Assembly (NCBI GenBank): GCA_964016885.1
Contig: OZ024740.1
Location: 173,228,001-173,292,000, forward strand
Source: Eledone cirrhosa
Taxonomy: Eukaryota
Length of the DNA: 64,000 nt
Reading direction: 5' to 3'
The notes under the pieces were generated by a model that did no database searches, had not been told where the DNA came from, and saw only the letters and a program-made list of their open reading frames with translations. Positions within the stretch are counted from its first letter, which is position 1, and each line of letters starts with the position of its first letter. Both the position numbers and the translations under genes were made by a program. Shown in pieces: positions 1-14,239 of the stretch.

Positions 1-175
1 CAATACCGAAGTAGAGTTTGAATATTCATTTATTATGGCTAAGTGATGAGCCTTGTTACTCTGGAGTCTCACCTGGATACTGGATACATCAGACAAGACT
101 GGTGTTCCTGTGAGTGCGCAGGTGAAACTTTAGAGTAACAAATCTCACGAATAGCCATAAGAAATGAATATATAT
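1..175. repeat. Short dispersed repeat with ~20 bp internal inverted repeat; second copy at ~48328-48500
   Basis: caataccgaagtagagttt...tagccataa is found at both loci; atattcatttattatggcta / tagccataagaaatgaatat form an inverted pair; both copies end in (TA)n. Confidence 0.75.
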
Positions 176-263
176 AAATATAAAATATAAATATTTACAC
201 ATACACCAATTAAACAGTTACAGGTATATATGTGTTTTTTGCAACTTTTCACGTTGCGGCTCA

Positions 264-975
264 ATTATCAAATAATTCTCTGGACATGCTTTACTCTAGT
301 ATTCCGCTCTGATTAATTTATTAATTCTCCATTGATCCACAACGTGAAAAGTTTCAAAAACACATAAATACCTGTAACTGTTTAATTGGTGTAAATATTT
401 ATATTTAATAATCTCCCATAAGGTTGAGATAAAAATCTGGGCGATATTGGGCTGCGCTTTCTAGCAACCAACCCAATCGCCGTAAGCAACCAATCACACC
501 CTTCCTGACTTGACCACTGCCACGTCACAGTTCTCAACCATTTTGAATTCGTGTTTGGCGGGGGTCACTTCGGAAAATAATATATCTAGCGAGTTTACCC
601 CCTGAAGAGCTCTAAACTCGAGTATGAACCTTAAATAAGGTATCTCAAAAGAGAGCGAAACCCATGGGTCGGGATTTAGTGATTTAATCCTGGTATGTAT
701 ATAAGCATTTCTAACATTAATTTTTACCTAATTATGTATGGTTGACCGTGTATTTAATTAATTTCCACATGCTGTCGAAACGTTGGGTAGATGCTCTATA
801 GCAGTTGCACGCGAAGACGCCGCGATGGTGTATCTATTTACTGTTTCTTCATAGATGCCTTTAATTCTTATAGCCTGGTCTAATTGATTTTTTGTGTAGT
901 TAATTGTGCTGATTAGGAGTAGAGATGATGTATATATATTATCAAATAATTCTCTGGACATGCTTTACTCTAGTA
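264..975 (+). mobile_element. Retrozyme-like non-coding element, family C, copy 1 (674 bp unit plus ~38 bp terminal redundancy)
   Basis: attatcaaataattctctggacatgctttactctagta occurs at 264 and 938; homologous to 34405-35115 and 60722-62272; contains an HHR; ends in a TA tract. Confidence 0.8.
599..673 (+). ncRNA. Type I hammerhead ribozyme (family C)
   Basis: ccc CTGAAGA gctct...agagc GAAA cccatggg TC ggg: all three stems and the core are intact. Confidence 0.85.
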
Positions 976-1341
976 TATATAAATATATATATATTTCCTC
1001 GCTAACATTCGCACGGCCAAGATGTGTCTTTGCCTTCTCGTCAATATTCGCACGTTTTTATGTTCAAAATGAATCATTGACTTGATTTTTCTCATTTTTT
1101 CCTCTCTTTACGTTGCCTCACCATTCGTATTTATTTACCTGTCTCTCTTTTTCCACCCAACTCTTTTTATCCCAATAACTTAATTTAGTTATTGTATTGC
1201 CCTAGCCGGAGGTATATGGTCTGTAATGCGAAGAAATACCTATGATGGCTAGTAGACCACTGATGATGGATAGTCCTGGCTTCTATTTCTAATTCTTTAT
1301 TATATATATCATATTTGCGACAACACAGCTCGCCATTTTTC

Positions 1342-1409
<68 letters not shown>

Positions 1410-1517
1410 GAGGAAATAGGAAGAAATTGGGTATAATACCAGTTTATTACCAATATATTAACCCCTTAAGAAAGGCTACAGTGCCCAATTTTTTAAAATT
1501 ATATATATGTATACATA

Positions 1518-1635
1518 CAGTGGCCGTGGAACTGGGACCCCCCCCCCCCCCCCCGCCGTAATAATAATATTTTTCTCTCTAAACTACCAAAACACACATC
1601 TATTTGGATATGTGCTACAATATATACACATGTTA
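1518..1635 (+). repeat. Dispersed repeat end (cagtggc... start); homolog at ~47312-47436
   Basis: Shared ataataatatttttctc..aaactaccaaa..acacatctattt..atatg.gctacaat. Confidence 0.55.
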
Positions 1636-2539
1636 TCATTATCGCATATCAAAGCTTTCTGACCATTTTAGAATGCAAAGAGCTAACCTAATCACTACAA
1701 CGAAACCAAATTGATTAAGCTATAAAAATTAAAGAAAGTTATTTGATATATAGTTTTGCCCGGCTAGAGATACATGTTATATATATTGTTGATCCCACGT
1801 TCGTGATTTAATGAAGGTGTAGTTATTGGATAGCTCCGATGAAGTTTGTAATCTCTAAACCAGGATGTTATTTAATTAAGCCTATATCAGCCCTGATAGA
1901 GCTGACCTATAACCGAGTACATTTCAGCTAATAGTCTTCCTAGTACTGGCGCAATGCATTATCGAATGTCTAAACATTTCGAGCCTCCAATCTATAGGCA
2001 ACGAATGCATTGCGTAATTAATTGAACGAGGGTTTCTCTAGCTAGCGTTAGTGAATTCACTAGTTCTTATTGGTCACTGCCAAGCTGATTACTTTCACAT
2101 ACACCATGTGAAAATGAAACTACAATTTAATCTTTTTCGCATATAAATACAGCTGGTCGTATATATCAGGATGTATATCTTAAGTCGAGGAGGAGAATTG
2201 GTAAAATCATTTGAACGTTGGATAGAATGTCTCGCAGTACTCTGCGTTCACTGAGTTCAAATCACTTCGAGGTAAAATTTGTCTTTTTATTTTATTTTCA
2301 GATCGATAAAATGTCCAGTACAGGAGTCGATTCTTTCTCCACTTCTCTCTTTTTCTCTTCATATCTTTCTCTGGAATGAATCGGATGTCCTCAGACCTGT
2401 ATTGCGGATGGGCTCCGCCAGGTTTATAATGCTCAAGGCACGCCGTATCCTTAATGACTCCATCAGGAGTTGTGGACGAATATACATGCATTCATGCATG
2501 CATGCATACATACATTCATATACACACGCACACGAAGCT

Positions 2540-3500
2540 CCAGAGTGAGAGTAATATAGATAAACAAAGTAGTCTATCTTAGACCAACGACCGCTATATT
2601 GTCTCCCACTTTGAAGGATACGCTTTTGCAATCCAAGAATAGGAAATCAACACTAAAGAGATAGGGATGCAGGCAAAAAACCTAGATGTGACAAGAGCAG
2701 ACTCTGCAGAATTAACATCGAAGATGTCACCCATGTCTTAAGCAGCTGTCAAAGATGTCATCGTGGTAGTATCTACTTACGAGGCATAATGTAGTGGCCA
2801 AAACATTGTGCAATGCAATCCATAGAAAAGATAGCCCTGATAATAAACACATTAAAAGCTTCAACAGTGTGGAAGACATACATATACATAATATGAAAGA
2901 GTACTGGTGGAATGTTCCAGTAAAAACCCCAATAAAATGTAGGCATAACAGACCAGATATAATGATATGGGACAGGGAAAAGAAGGCATGCACAGTAGTG
3001 GAGGTTAGCTGCCCAGCAGATGCCAATATAATATCAAAGATTATCGATGCAGAACTAATGAGAAATCTGCAGATACTCCACCCTGACTATACCTTCAGAT
3101 TTATGCCTGTGATTATTGGGGCACTGGGATATGTTAGTAACTACCTCAATACAAATCTTGAGAAGTAACTACCTCAATACAAATCAGGAACAGAAAGAAC
3201 ACGACTGGTTAGGAAATTACAAGTACAATCCATTAATGGAACAGTAAAAATATGTAAAACATTTCAAATATTATGCATCTAATAACTGCATATACAAAGC
3301 ATAAGCACATGCACACATACAACTCAAAACATACACATCCACACTTACAATAACATCCATACCTACACACATGCATGCATGCAGACATGCACACATATCT
3401 ACCTAGTTGATGTGTAAATTCCAATGAGAGAGTCTTGTATCTATGACAGAAACCGACTCTCTCTTTCTATTGGCAAAAATTTGTGAAATTATAAAACCAG
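2540..3500 (+). mobile_element. 5'-truncated, degenerate non-LTR retrotransposon with restriction-like endonuclease (R4/NeSL-like)
   Basis: ORF 2794-3168 has HNRPDIMIWD..VEVSCP and MPVIIGALG, matching the RLE domain of 13266-14129; remnants of the CCHC finger and RHN motif lie upstream. Confidence 0.8.
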
Positions 3501-4440
3501 AACATACATGTTAACATGTCTCAAGAGAAAGCCGTATGTTGTGGAGTTAATAGAATATCAGATATTGAGCCGAGGAATTGTTGATTCATCTTAGCGGAGT
3601 TACATTATATCGGTGATCGAACCACTCAACTTTCAACGGCTCAGTTCCCTCAAGGTGTATAAGTCGCTACCCTAACTAATGACAGCAATGTGCGATTGAT
3701 GAGTGTTTTATTGTGTGTGTGGGGGTGGGGGGAGGCTTGCAGTTCTTAGTTCAATACCTCTCAGGAGTGAAAAAAAAAGTTGTTCGCAGTCGCATGGACA
3801 GGAGAGGGCTTGTCGCACTTGCTTTTCGTTACGAAAATTTTGATGGGTGTTTATATTGTTGTTATTTAACATCGGGTCAGCTCTCACTCAGCAGACAATT
3901 GATCAAAAATATTAAAGCCATCTCTCTCCTTCTCTCTGGTATTACAGTTATATGACTGCACTCTCCAATGTGACCCTCCCTTTTAAAGACGCTAGGGTGT
4001 AATTTAAGGGAGATTTCGTTGCTATTTCTAGAAGGTCGGGTAACTACGTGTCAGATCTTGCAGAAACTTTGTAATTCAAAAGGGGCTAGCTTAAGCTGGA
4101 TTAACTGTTATGATTTTAATATATATGGCATTAAACATTATAAGCACTAACCTAAGATCAAAAGTAACAAACCAACTGAATCGAAACGTCGTATCTGACT
4201 TAACATTGCCACACCTTCATTACACTACATTCTCTCTTTCTCTTCCATTCCCTCTTCTCAAACAAGGTACTATCAATATATGTTTGTTTTCTACTAGTTT
4301 CATTGTATTATATTATCGCCTCTATATAAGTAATGCACTGGGTATTTGCTGGCCTTGTGCCAAAAGTAGAAACAATTATATTATCGCCTTTATATAAAGA
4401 AATTATTATTAATAAAGAAACTATTATATTATCGCCTCTA

Positions 4441-4660
4441 GGGCGGTGGATTGGCAATATTGGTAGAGAGTCGGACACCATGCTTTGCAGCATGGAGTTA
4501 CGGCCCCTTATGATCTCAGTTCAAATCCCGCCGAGGTTAACTTTGTCTTTCATCCTTACAGGGTCGATAAAATAAAGTACCAGTCACGCACTGGGGTCGA
4601 TTTAATCGACTTTCTCCTCCCCCCCAAAAAATGACGGGCCTTGCGCCTAATTCAGAAACC
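4441..4660 (+). mobile_element. Full-length tRNA-type SINE with 18 bp TSD
   Basis: A-box tggcaatattgg and B-box agttcaaatccc; core cctt..ggggtcgataaaataaagtaccag; TSD attatattatcgcctcta at 4423 and 4661. Confidence 0.9.
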
Positions 4661-5174
4661 ATTATATTATCGCCTCTAAATAATTCGTCAATCATTTAAC
4701 TACGACAAGATAGGATATTCCACCATTGTAGAGCAATGGTGCGTGACTTAATGGTTAAGGTGTTCGCCTCGCGGTCGTAAAGTCGTGAGCTCGATTCACT
4801 CTTTCAGTAATACATTTTTTTACTCATTTCTTCGGCTGAAAAAAATGAGTTGCACCAGTAATTCAAAAGATCAGCCTTATCACACACTCTGTCACACTGA
4901 ATCTTCATGGGTACACGTATCTGTGGAATTCTCAACCATTTGCACGTTAATTTCACGAGCAGGCTGTTCCGTTGATCAACTGGAACACTCGTCGTCAGAA
5001 CTGGCAGATGTCCAACACACATACAAAGACATACACAAACATAAACACATGACATAGTGAGACATCTCACTGTGGCTTGATATTTACCACAAGAAATAAC
5101 TGCATGAATCAAAGGATGAATTAACTTTTAACATTTTAAAGTGAACAATATTAACTACATATTTTCTATCTGTG

Positions 5175-5400
5175 CGGCAAATTGACATAGTTGTTAGATT
5201 GTCGGTTTAAATGCTTCGGCATTTGTTCCGAAACTCTGTGCAGTAAATTCAAATCTCGTCGAGGTCAAATTTGCCTTTCATCCTTTCGCGGTCGATACAT
5301 TACGTCCAAGGTCGATGGATTTGTGTGGAATTGTTAAAGTGTTGGCCAGAATGCTTTGAGACATCTGATCCGGCTCTGTGCATTCTGAATTCAAAAACCA
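5175..5400 (+). mobile_element. Two older, diverged SINE 5' fragments
   Basis: ttcaaatctcgtcgaggtcaaatttgcctttcatcctttcgcggtcgata resembles the SINE core. Confidence 0.6.
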
Positions 5401-8400
5401 CCTCCAGCCAAGAGCTGTAATCGACAGTGCCGGATAAACTTAGTAGCAAGAGTAACATTTGCTATAGACCCCGCATTTTCAGGGACCTACGTTAAGTGTT
5501 TTATACTATAGTACTATATTGCATTTAACCTTTATGCCACATTAAAAAAAAAGAAAAGAAAACTTTAGAGCCATTTTATAGTATATGCGACTGACCCTTC
5601 AATAACCTAATCCGGTACTGGTATCAAAAACGGAAAGACCAATTGAGCCTCTCCTGCTTCGGTTTGATCTAACGATCAGCACCTTTCCTTTACTTTTACT
5701 ATCCTAGCGTTTATCCCACTTTGTACAATGAGACATAATTTGAACTCAGAAAGCAAAGGGCCGCAAAGCATGCAGTCAGAAGTTTAACAATTCTGCTAAA
5801 CTACGACCCTGGACTGATACTTTATTTATCGAACCCAAAAGAAGAAACAAATGCTACAAGACGTTCTATCATAGGCTGTAATGAATCTGTTAATTACCCG
5901 ACTTTAGATACTATTGTTACAAATTTCCGCCAGAAAAGCATCACAAATCTACTAATGAAACTTAAACTCAGATAATTGATTATATCATTTGGCTGATATT
6001 AACACAGCTAAAATATTAGTAAACAAACCTAGTGCGTAGTTTCATACATTTCTATTCAACCCAAAATGAATGAAGAAAAGTTACTTCGAAGATAAACGAC
6101 TAATAGATAATTATCTGTATACAGAGTGCAAGTATTTAATTGAAGCTGTGAGAAATGTATGTTAACGCAAACATGTTTTATCTACGTATTATCCCATAAA
6201 TTGAAAAACAATGAACACTTTGACTCCAGTTTCAATCATTAGACACTGTCTACGTGATTTACACAAAGAGATACGCAACCAAAAGCATTATATCCCCATC
6301 ATATCAGGTAGAACTAAAGAACCGGGCTTACTAATTTACATAATTTTAGTGTTTACCGTGGTAGCTAATTCATTTATATATTAAATTGTGTACTAAGCAG
6401 CGGAAGTATGTTGTGTACTAAGCAGCTGAAGTATGTTATTAATTCATATAGTACACATCAATCGTTTGTTTTGCTTTGCACTGTTTTTGTTAATGCATTT
6501 GAAAAGAAGGAAATATACTGGGTAAAAAGATTACTTTATATATTTCTACCGCATTGTACCCGCTTTCTGGAATACTTATCAGTCATTTATTACAAGGCTT
6601 AGTTTTTCTCGGGGCTATAGTGGAATACACTTGCCCAATAGGCCACGCACCGTGATTTAATCTGAAACCACATGCAGTGAATTTCTTGATAACAAAGCTA
6701 CGATTTCTTTTAGGGATCTTTCTTTAAACACCCGACAGACCCTTTTGGAAGCGACTGACATTTGCAAGAGCCCTTTATGGGCATTTATATCTTCACTCTC
6801 AACTTCATCTATAGATTGATGTTTTTTTCTCTTCTATAATAAACGAACTTGCTTAGAGATAAAAATTCACCCTGAAATAATTATTCGTCCGTCTTTTAAT
6901 TTCTTAATGGGATTATTTGATAAGTTATTAACTTTGTGTTCCATTTTAAATCTACCGGCTCTCATATTACTACACGAATGACTGTTTTGTCTCTTTCCCA
7001 CAATTCTAATCTATCTATTTATAAGGTTTTGTTTTCATATGTAATTGGACAGTATCATTTTTTTTATTCCTTCATTGGTAAGTTTCACTCTGTAAATATT
7101 CCCTCTGTCAATCATTGTATGGTCTTTATTTGTTCTACTCCCTATTGAATATAGCAAGTCGGTCATCTTGTTGCTACAGTGTTATTTGTGTCTTACAGTA
7201 TTGTCACTCATTTATTTTTATTTTTTCTGTAGTTTACTTCAGTTTATGTTCATATTCAAAATGTAAAAAGTATTCGCCTTCAGTGACCGCAAGTGGCTCT
7301 TAACGGCTGATTCTTAGCTCCGGTTTGAGGCGTTAAGTAGAATAGTCAAGTTCGTGAGTTTAACTAATTTCGTATGAAGTTGGGAAAAGGTTAGTGACAT
7401 GGCCGATTTAAATAGAGTGGGAAAAAACAACTAAAAATATAATAAAATGATTGATTGAGAAATGTTTACGCATAGCAACATCAACGGTCCAATTACATTT
7501 ATCCACTTCTTCGGCACACGAACGTATCCACACTCAGTGGAACATTTTTCTCGACGCAAACGACCATCATTTTCCTTGGATGTTGTTTTATATTTCTTCT
7601 TTTGGAATAGGTTGTCAGTTTAAAACAAGAAACATTCATTGGAGGTCTTGTTTGTATCTTATTTCCGTCCGTTAGATGAATTAAAGCTCGTGGAATTAAG
7701 AGAAATGTTCTGTTGTACAGTTTATGTCCATGCCATTTCTATTTGATTACATTTCATTCTTTCAACAAATTCTAACCTTGCTCTAAACCAGGGGTGGGCA
7801 AACTACGGCAACCCCACCAAGTTTACTTGGTGAGGAGCGTGATTTTGGACACCCTGCAGGACAAAAAACAAAACCTAACAAAGGGTGGACGAACTCATAA
7901 CAGTCAACGCCCCCCCCCCAAAAAAAGTCCTGCCAAATCAATGGGTGGCAATAGTTCCAGCTGTACGCATCGAAAGACTGGTGTAGTGGTTCTGAGAACA
8001 ATGCGGCTTTGCAGATGATATATGCAGATTGACAATGGAAAGGCGCTCCCACTCGAGTTAGAAGAGAACTAATGACCTTCAGGAGAAGCAGCGACCCCTG
8101 TTTCAGCAACCGAAACAAATATGAAGTACACCAGATCCAATGCTCTTAGGGGCGGCCCTAGTTCTTTTTATTTGCGAGTGTAAACTCGGCCAGATTAGAT
8201 TAGATTAGATACATATACGTTTTATTATGTCTTTAATCAAATACTGCTAGATGCTGCTTAGATATATATCTTCTCAAATCGGCAGATTAACACAATGAAC
8301 TGCATTTTGACATCTTTAATCGAACCACAAATTATATTCGAACATATATCCATGAGTGCCATTAGATTAATCCAACGACAAACTCAACTCCGTGTTTAAC

Positions 8401-8585
8401 CAGGAACTGGTGGATTCACAGTTCCACGGTAGCTACCATTCATACAGATACAATATTTGTTCTTCTTCGTTGTCTTCCTCACAAAATCAGTTTCTTCCTA
8501 TTTTTCTTCAAATATCTCTGTCACTCACATCATCAAACCTATAAAGTCAGTCACTCATTTTATTTTTTCTACCCGCTCTCTTTCC

Positions 8586-8643
<58 letters not shown>

Positions 8644-8818
8644 TTTTTTCTTTCATTCTCTCTCTTTCTCTCTCATTCCCTCTCTATATATGACATTACA
8701 AGGATGTGCTTTTTATATCAGTTAAACTTTAAATAATGTCACGAACTCTTAATAGAATGATTTAAATATTTGACCTCCATGGCACATGTTAAGAGCGCTT
8801 TCTTTTCGTTTGTATACG

Positions 8819-8898
<80 letters not shown>

Positions 8899-8919
8899 TG
8901 TAATAAACAACACAATATA

Positions 8920-9097
8920 ATTATTCCATTACCCAAGGTTTCACGAAGCCATAACGCACCAGAGTACTCGATACTTGGAGTAGTATGAAAGGTTTCAGGA
9001 CCCCAACAGCTGAGCTCCAACCGTTTCGACAGCTAGATCCGAACAGATATAGCTGGCGAAACGGCCGGAACTCATCTGTCGGGGTCCTGAATCTTTT

Positions 9098-9101
<4 letters not shown>
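8920..9101 (-). repeat. Family A hairpin element (diverged copy) between (TA)n tracts
   Basis: Imperfect palindrome 8988-9097 plus tail gagtactctggtgcgttatgg shared with 40931 and 63603. Confidence 0.8.
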
Positions 9102-9184
<83 letters not shown>

Positions 9185-9439
9185 TCGAGTTACCCCGAAA
9201 GTGTACTAACTGCTTTCTCTATCAAATACAATAGTCACTTCCTGTCCAACTTACTACCCGCCTGTGACCTCTGTATCATGTATTAATTCTTCCCTCCGCC
9301 TTCTGAGATATTTTCACTTGCTACAAAAGAAAGTCCTTTTTCTTGATCGATGTATCGCGTGTTAATTCCTCCCTCCGCCTATAGAGATTTTCTCACTCGC
9401 TAGAAACGCGTCTGGAAAACAGTCCTTTTCTCTGAGGTG

Positions 9440-9531
9440 TTCCTTGACAAGCTGATTGACTTCACAACGATGGTGCAATTCTATACTGCACAATTGTTGC
9501 ATATTGATCAGCGAAACTGCGCAATCGGGAA
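9440..9531 (+). ncRNA. Degenerate type I hammerhead
   Basis: ttcc TTGACAA gctgatt...gatcagc GAAA ctgcgcaa TC gggaa; stems retained, two core transitions. Confidence 0.5.
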
Positions 9532-9617
9532 GAAAAAAATAGGTATATTTTGTCCATTATTTCTTCTTATTTTGTAAATCCCGCATTATTTCTTCTTATT
9601 TTGTAAATCCTGTCTTC

Positions 9618-9688
9618 GGGGTCGATAAAATAAAGTACCAGTAATACACTGGGTAATTGCTGGCCTTGTGCCAAAAGTAGAAACAATT
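9618..9688 (+). mobile_element. 5'-truncated SINE with ~30 bp flanking duplication
   Basis: ggggtcgataaaataaagtacc...gtagaaacaat; tattttgtc(c/t)attatttcttcttattttgta on both sides. Confidence 0.85.
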
Positions 9689-9854
9689 ATTTTGTCTATT
9701 ATTTCTTCTTATTTTGTACATATATATATATATGTACAAAATTGTACTTTAATCTGTTATTTTAATAAATATATATATATATATACACTTATATAACTTT
9801 GATAGATTTCGGCCAGTATTGGCTCAGGCCATGTCTAACTTAATAGAACCCCCT

Positions 9855-9949
<95 letters not shown>

Positions 9950-10574
9950 CTGTATATATATAAAGATGAAGTTTTCTGTGTGTGTGTGTGTGGACAATTT
10001 TTAATGAGGGCTCATATATTCTAAACCATTCATGCGATTTCTTTGAAACTTTTACAGAGCTTCTCCTTGCACAAAACCTGTACATGATCTACAAAGGCTT
10101 TCAAAAATTGATATTGGGGCCTTTGGAGACATTAAAAAAGTTTCGGTTATTTGTGTTAATTTTCGTGATTAAGTAAAACAAGAGTTATCTTTCGTCAATA
10201 TTTCGTGATTAAGTAAGACAAGAGTTATCTTTCGTCAATACAATAGGATCTCATTTTTGATGTTGTCAAAAATTTTGTTTTGGGATTTTGATTATTACAA
10301 TTCGGCTCATTCGGATTTTACTTTACTCTTTGTACTTGAAACAAAAGGTTTTATTGTAGTAAAAAAATGTACACCTAGACTGGATTTCTGTTGTTACATG
10401 GGATAACGGATGACACCGAGCTCACATATTAATTATTTCGCTGGAATAGTGCCTAAGGTTTTCATGTTTACATAAAGTACGTTTTTCTTCTAAATATACA
10501 AATTTACTTTGTTTAGTTTAATGAGCTACATCGAAAGCTACTTGAACCGGCCAAATGACGGGTTCTTTAGCTAG

Positions 10575-10995
<421 letters not shown>

Positions 10996-11130
10996 TCATA
11001 TATGATAAACATATCTTATACACACACAGGTGTATACGATATGTTTATGTATAATAAAAATACGGGAGACTTGTTATGAATTTTTTACTCGCTGTAATCA
11101 TGTCACAGCTTTTTCAGTTGCAGTGAGAAT

Positions 11131-11172
11131 GCCAGATAGCTATTTCTGGATTTTTATCCGTCATCAGCAATA
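11131..11172 (-). ncRNA. Minimal hammerhead core with weak stem I
   Basis: Minus strand: CTGATGA cggat aaaa atcca GAAA tagcta TC. Confidence 0.55.
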
Positions 11173-11281
11173 TTTACTCGCTCGCTACTGAGACACAATA
11201 GACTATAGTCTATATGGTTTTTGCGTATGTGTACGTGTGCATATGATGTGTTAACGATCTTTGTATATATATATATATATA

Positions 11282-11410
<129 letters not shown>

Positions 11411-11829
11411 CTATCACACACACACTATCATTTAGTATATTTCTCTGTATCAATAGCTATTTACCCATCCATCCAGGGCCCCCAAGAGAAATTTTGTAAG
11501 GCAGTACAACACTCTTTTGGGGCCCGAAGCAGGCAAAGATGTTTCTCAAAATGGGTGTTGAATGGTTACTGTGGGGTCTTCTTCGCTCTTGGGCCCAGGA
11601 ACAAAGTACCAGCTGCAGTCATAGGCCCTACATCCATCCAACCATCATGTTACCATTCTAGCTACCCATTCTTTCAACTTTCGATCTATCTCCTTAACGA
11701 GCAACCTTCTTTATATATATGTTTATGTGTGTGCGCGCGTGTGCACAAGTTTTATCTTTTCAAATAATTTTAGGCTTTTCCTAAACTTTTGTTTTTTCTT
11801 GTCTATTTATATTTTCTTTTACTAATTCT

Positions 11830-11915
<86 letters not shown>

Positions 11916-12083
11916 AAACACATACACGCATACATTCACACATACACATGCGAATTTGCTTTATCGCTCTTCACTTACACATCCAGCCATTTTATTTCCA
12001 TTTGAAGAATTTTCTTTTTAAGTTTAAATAGGTCAGTTACATACTCAACTAAAAACACACCACAACACATAACAACAATTGTG

Positions 12084-12120
<37 letters not shown>

Positions 12121-12139
12121 TTACTACTACTACTACTAC

Positions 12140-12176
<37 letters not shown>

Positions 12177-14206
12177 CAAGGTAATGATGGGTAATCTATA
12201 GACCTATCACATGCCTGTCCGTAATGTGGAAACTGTTGACAAGCATTATGTCTGAGGAAATCTACCATCACCTCCACACAAACAACTTGTTACCGGACGA
12301 ACAGAAAGGATGCCGAAAGAAGTCCCGTGGTACAAAGGACCAGTTACTTATTGATAAGATGGTAATGAGGAATTGCAAAAGAGACGCACTGGTCTTGCCA
12401 TGGGATGGATAGACTACAAAAAGGCATTTGACATGGTGCCTCATTCTTGGATCACCAAAAGCCTAGAGATCTTCACGGTGGCAGATAACATTAGACAGTT
12501 GTTGGGCAAAAGTATGAAGTCCTGGAAAGCAGAGTTAACATCAGCTGGAGAATCCTTGGGAGGTATCTTCCAGGGAGATAGTCTGTCCCCTCTGTTGTTT
12601 GTCCTTGCCCTGATGCCCCTGACCATTATACTGCGAAAAGTGAGAGCAGGATACAAGTTGGGAAAGGGAGAGCTTACCATCAATCACCTCCTCTTCATGG
12701 ACGATGTTAAGCTCTTCGGGAAGAGTGAGAAGGAGTTGGATGTGCTTGTTGACACTGTCCGTATTTTCAACAATGATATATGTATGCAATTTGGTATTAG
12801 TAAGTGTGGAGTCCTTGTGATGAAGAGGGGTAAATTGAGCAGAAGCAACGGAATCCAGGTACCAACAGGTGAGATGATAAAGGAAATTGACACTGAAGAA
12901 GGATACAAGTATTTGGGTGTTCTGGAGGCTGATGACATCAAGAACAAAAAAATGAAGGAATTGATAAGATCTGAATGCATTCGGAGAGTACGGAGCGTAT
13001 TAAAGTCACATCTGAACAGTAGGAATGCTATACGTGCAGTAAATTCCCGAGCTGTGTCTATTATTAGGTACAGTGCGGGAATTCTGAGATGGAATGTTGC
13101 TGAACAAAAAGAAATGGATAGGAAGACCAGGAAGCTATTGACTATCTACAACATGTTCCACAAGAGGAGTGATGTCGATAGACTCTACTTAAGGAGATCT
13201 GAAGGTGGAAGAGGTCTTATCAGCATAGAGGACTGTGTTCAGAGAAAAACAACCTACACAAACACGTGACTGATAGTACGGAGCCAATGCTCAGAATTGT
13301 ACTGAAGGAGAGGACAATAGACCAGGGTATGTCCAAGGAGGAAATAACAACGAGGAGAAAGAGCAGCCTTCAGGAAAAATCCCTTCATAGTACCTTCTTT
13401 GAGAAAAGTGAATTCAGAGATCCACAGACATGGAACTGGTTGAAAAGAGGAGACCTTAAAAAGGCTAGAGAAGGAATGCTAATGGCTGCGCAAGAGCAGG
13501 CCCTCAAAACGAAGTGGTTGAAACATCATATTTACAAGGAGGAGGCTAGCCCACTGTGCAGGATCTGTGGAGAGAGAGAGGAGACTGTGGCTCACATTGT
13601 ATCCGAGTGTAAGCACCTAGCCCAGACTCACTATAAGGGCTGGAGACATGATGTGATGGGCAGGATGATCCACTGGCACCTATGCAAAGTAAACAATTTA
13701 CCACATTCTGAGAAGTGGTATGAGCATAAGCCAGAGTCGGTGATAGAAAACGATCAGATGAAGGTGCTGTGGGATTTTAGGATACAGACGGACAAGAAAC
13801 TGGAACACAATAGACCTGACCTGGTGGTTTTGGACAAGGAAAAAAGATCGTGCCTGATTGTGGATGTGGCCTGCCCAATCGACACGAGAGTGCAAGAGAA
13901 GGAGAGGGAGAAAATTAACCGATACCAGGACTTGAAGTGGGAGGTAAAAAGGATTTGGAACTGCCATGAGGTCAAAGTGGTCCCGATTGTCATAGGCGCA
14001 CTAGGTACTATCTCAAAGAGTTTCCAGGGATGGTTAAAGAAAATTGGCCTCGCCACGCTTTTTGGAACGCTTCAAAAGGCATGCTTGGTGGGAACAGCAA
14101 GAACCCTCCGATACGTCCTGAATATCTGAGGCTGCAGGTAGGGGCTTGATATTCATTTCAACAAACTTTCCAGTTAACTAACATCAATGACTGAGACTCA
14201 AAGGAC
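12177..14206 (+). mobile_element. 5'-truncated R4-clade (Dong-like) LINE: RT, CCHC finger, restriction-like endonuclease; frameshifted
   Basis: WIDYKKAFDMVPH, GIFQGDSLSPLLF, HLLFMDD, CRIC..ETVAHIVSEC, HNRPDLVV..DVACP..EKINRYQDL in ORFs 12224-14129; (TAA)n on both flanks. Confidence 0.9.
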
Positions 14207-14239
14207 AATAATAATAATAATAATGATAATAATAATAAT

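Noticed and set aside
4307-4678. CRISPR-like pattern of four 18 bp direct repeats with unique spacers
   Set aside because: Spacers are SINE pieces of 30-220 bp, the repeats are TSDs, the context is eukaryotic and there are no cas genes
7789-8100. Possible hAT-type MITE (cagggg...cccctg ends)
   Set aside because: TIR match is short and no 8 bp TSD is visible; cannot be supported
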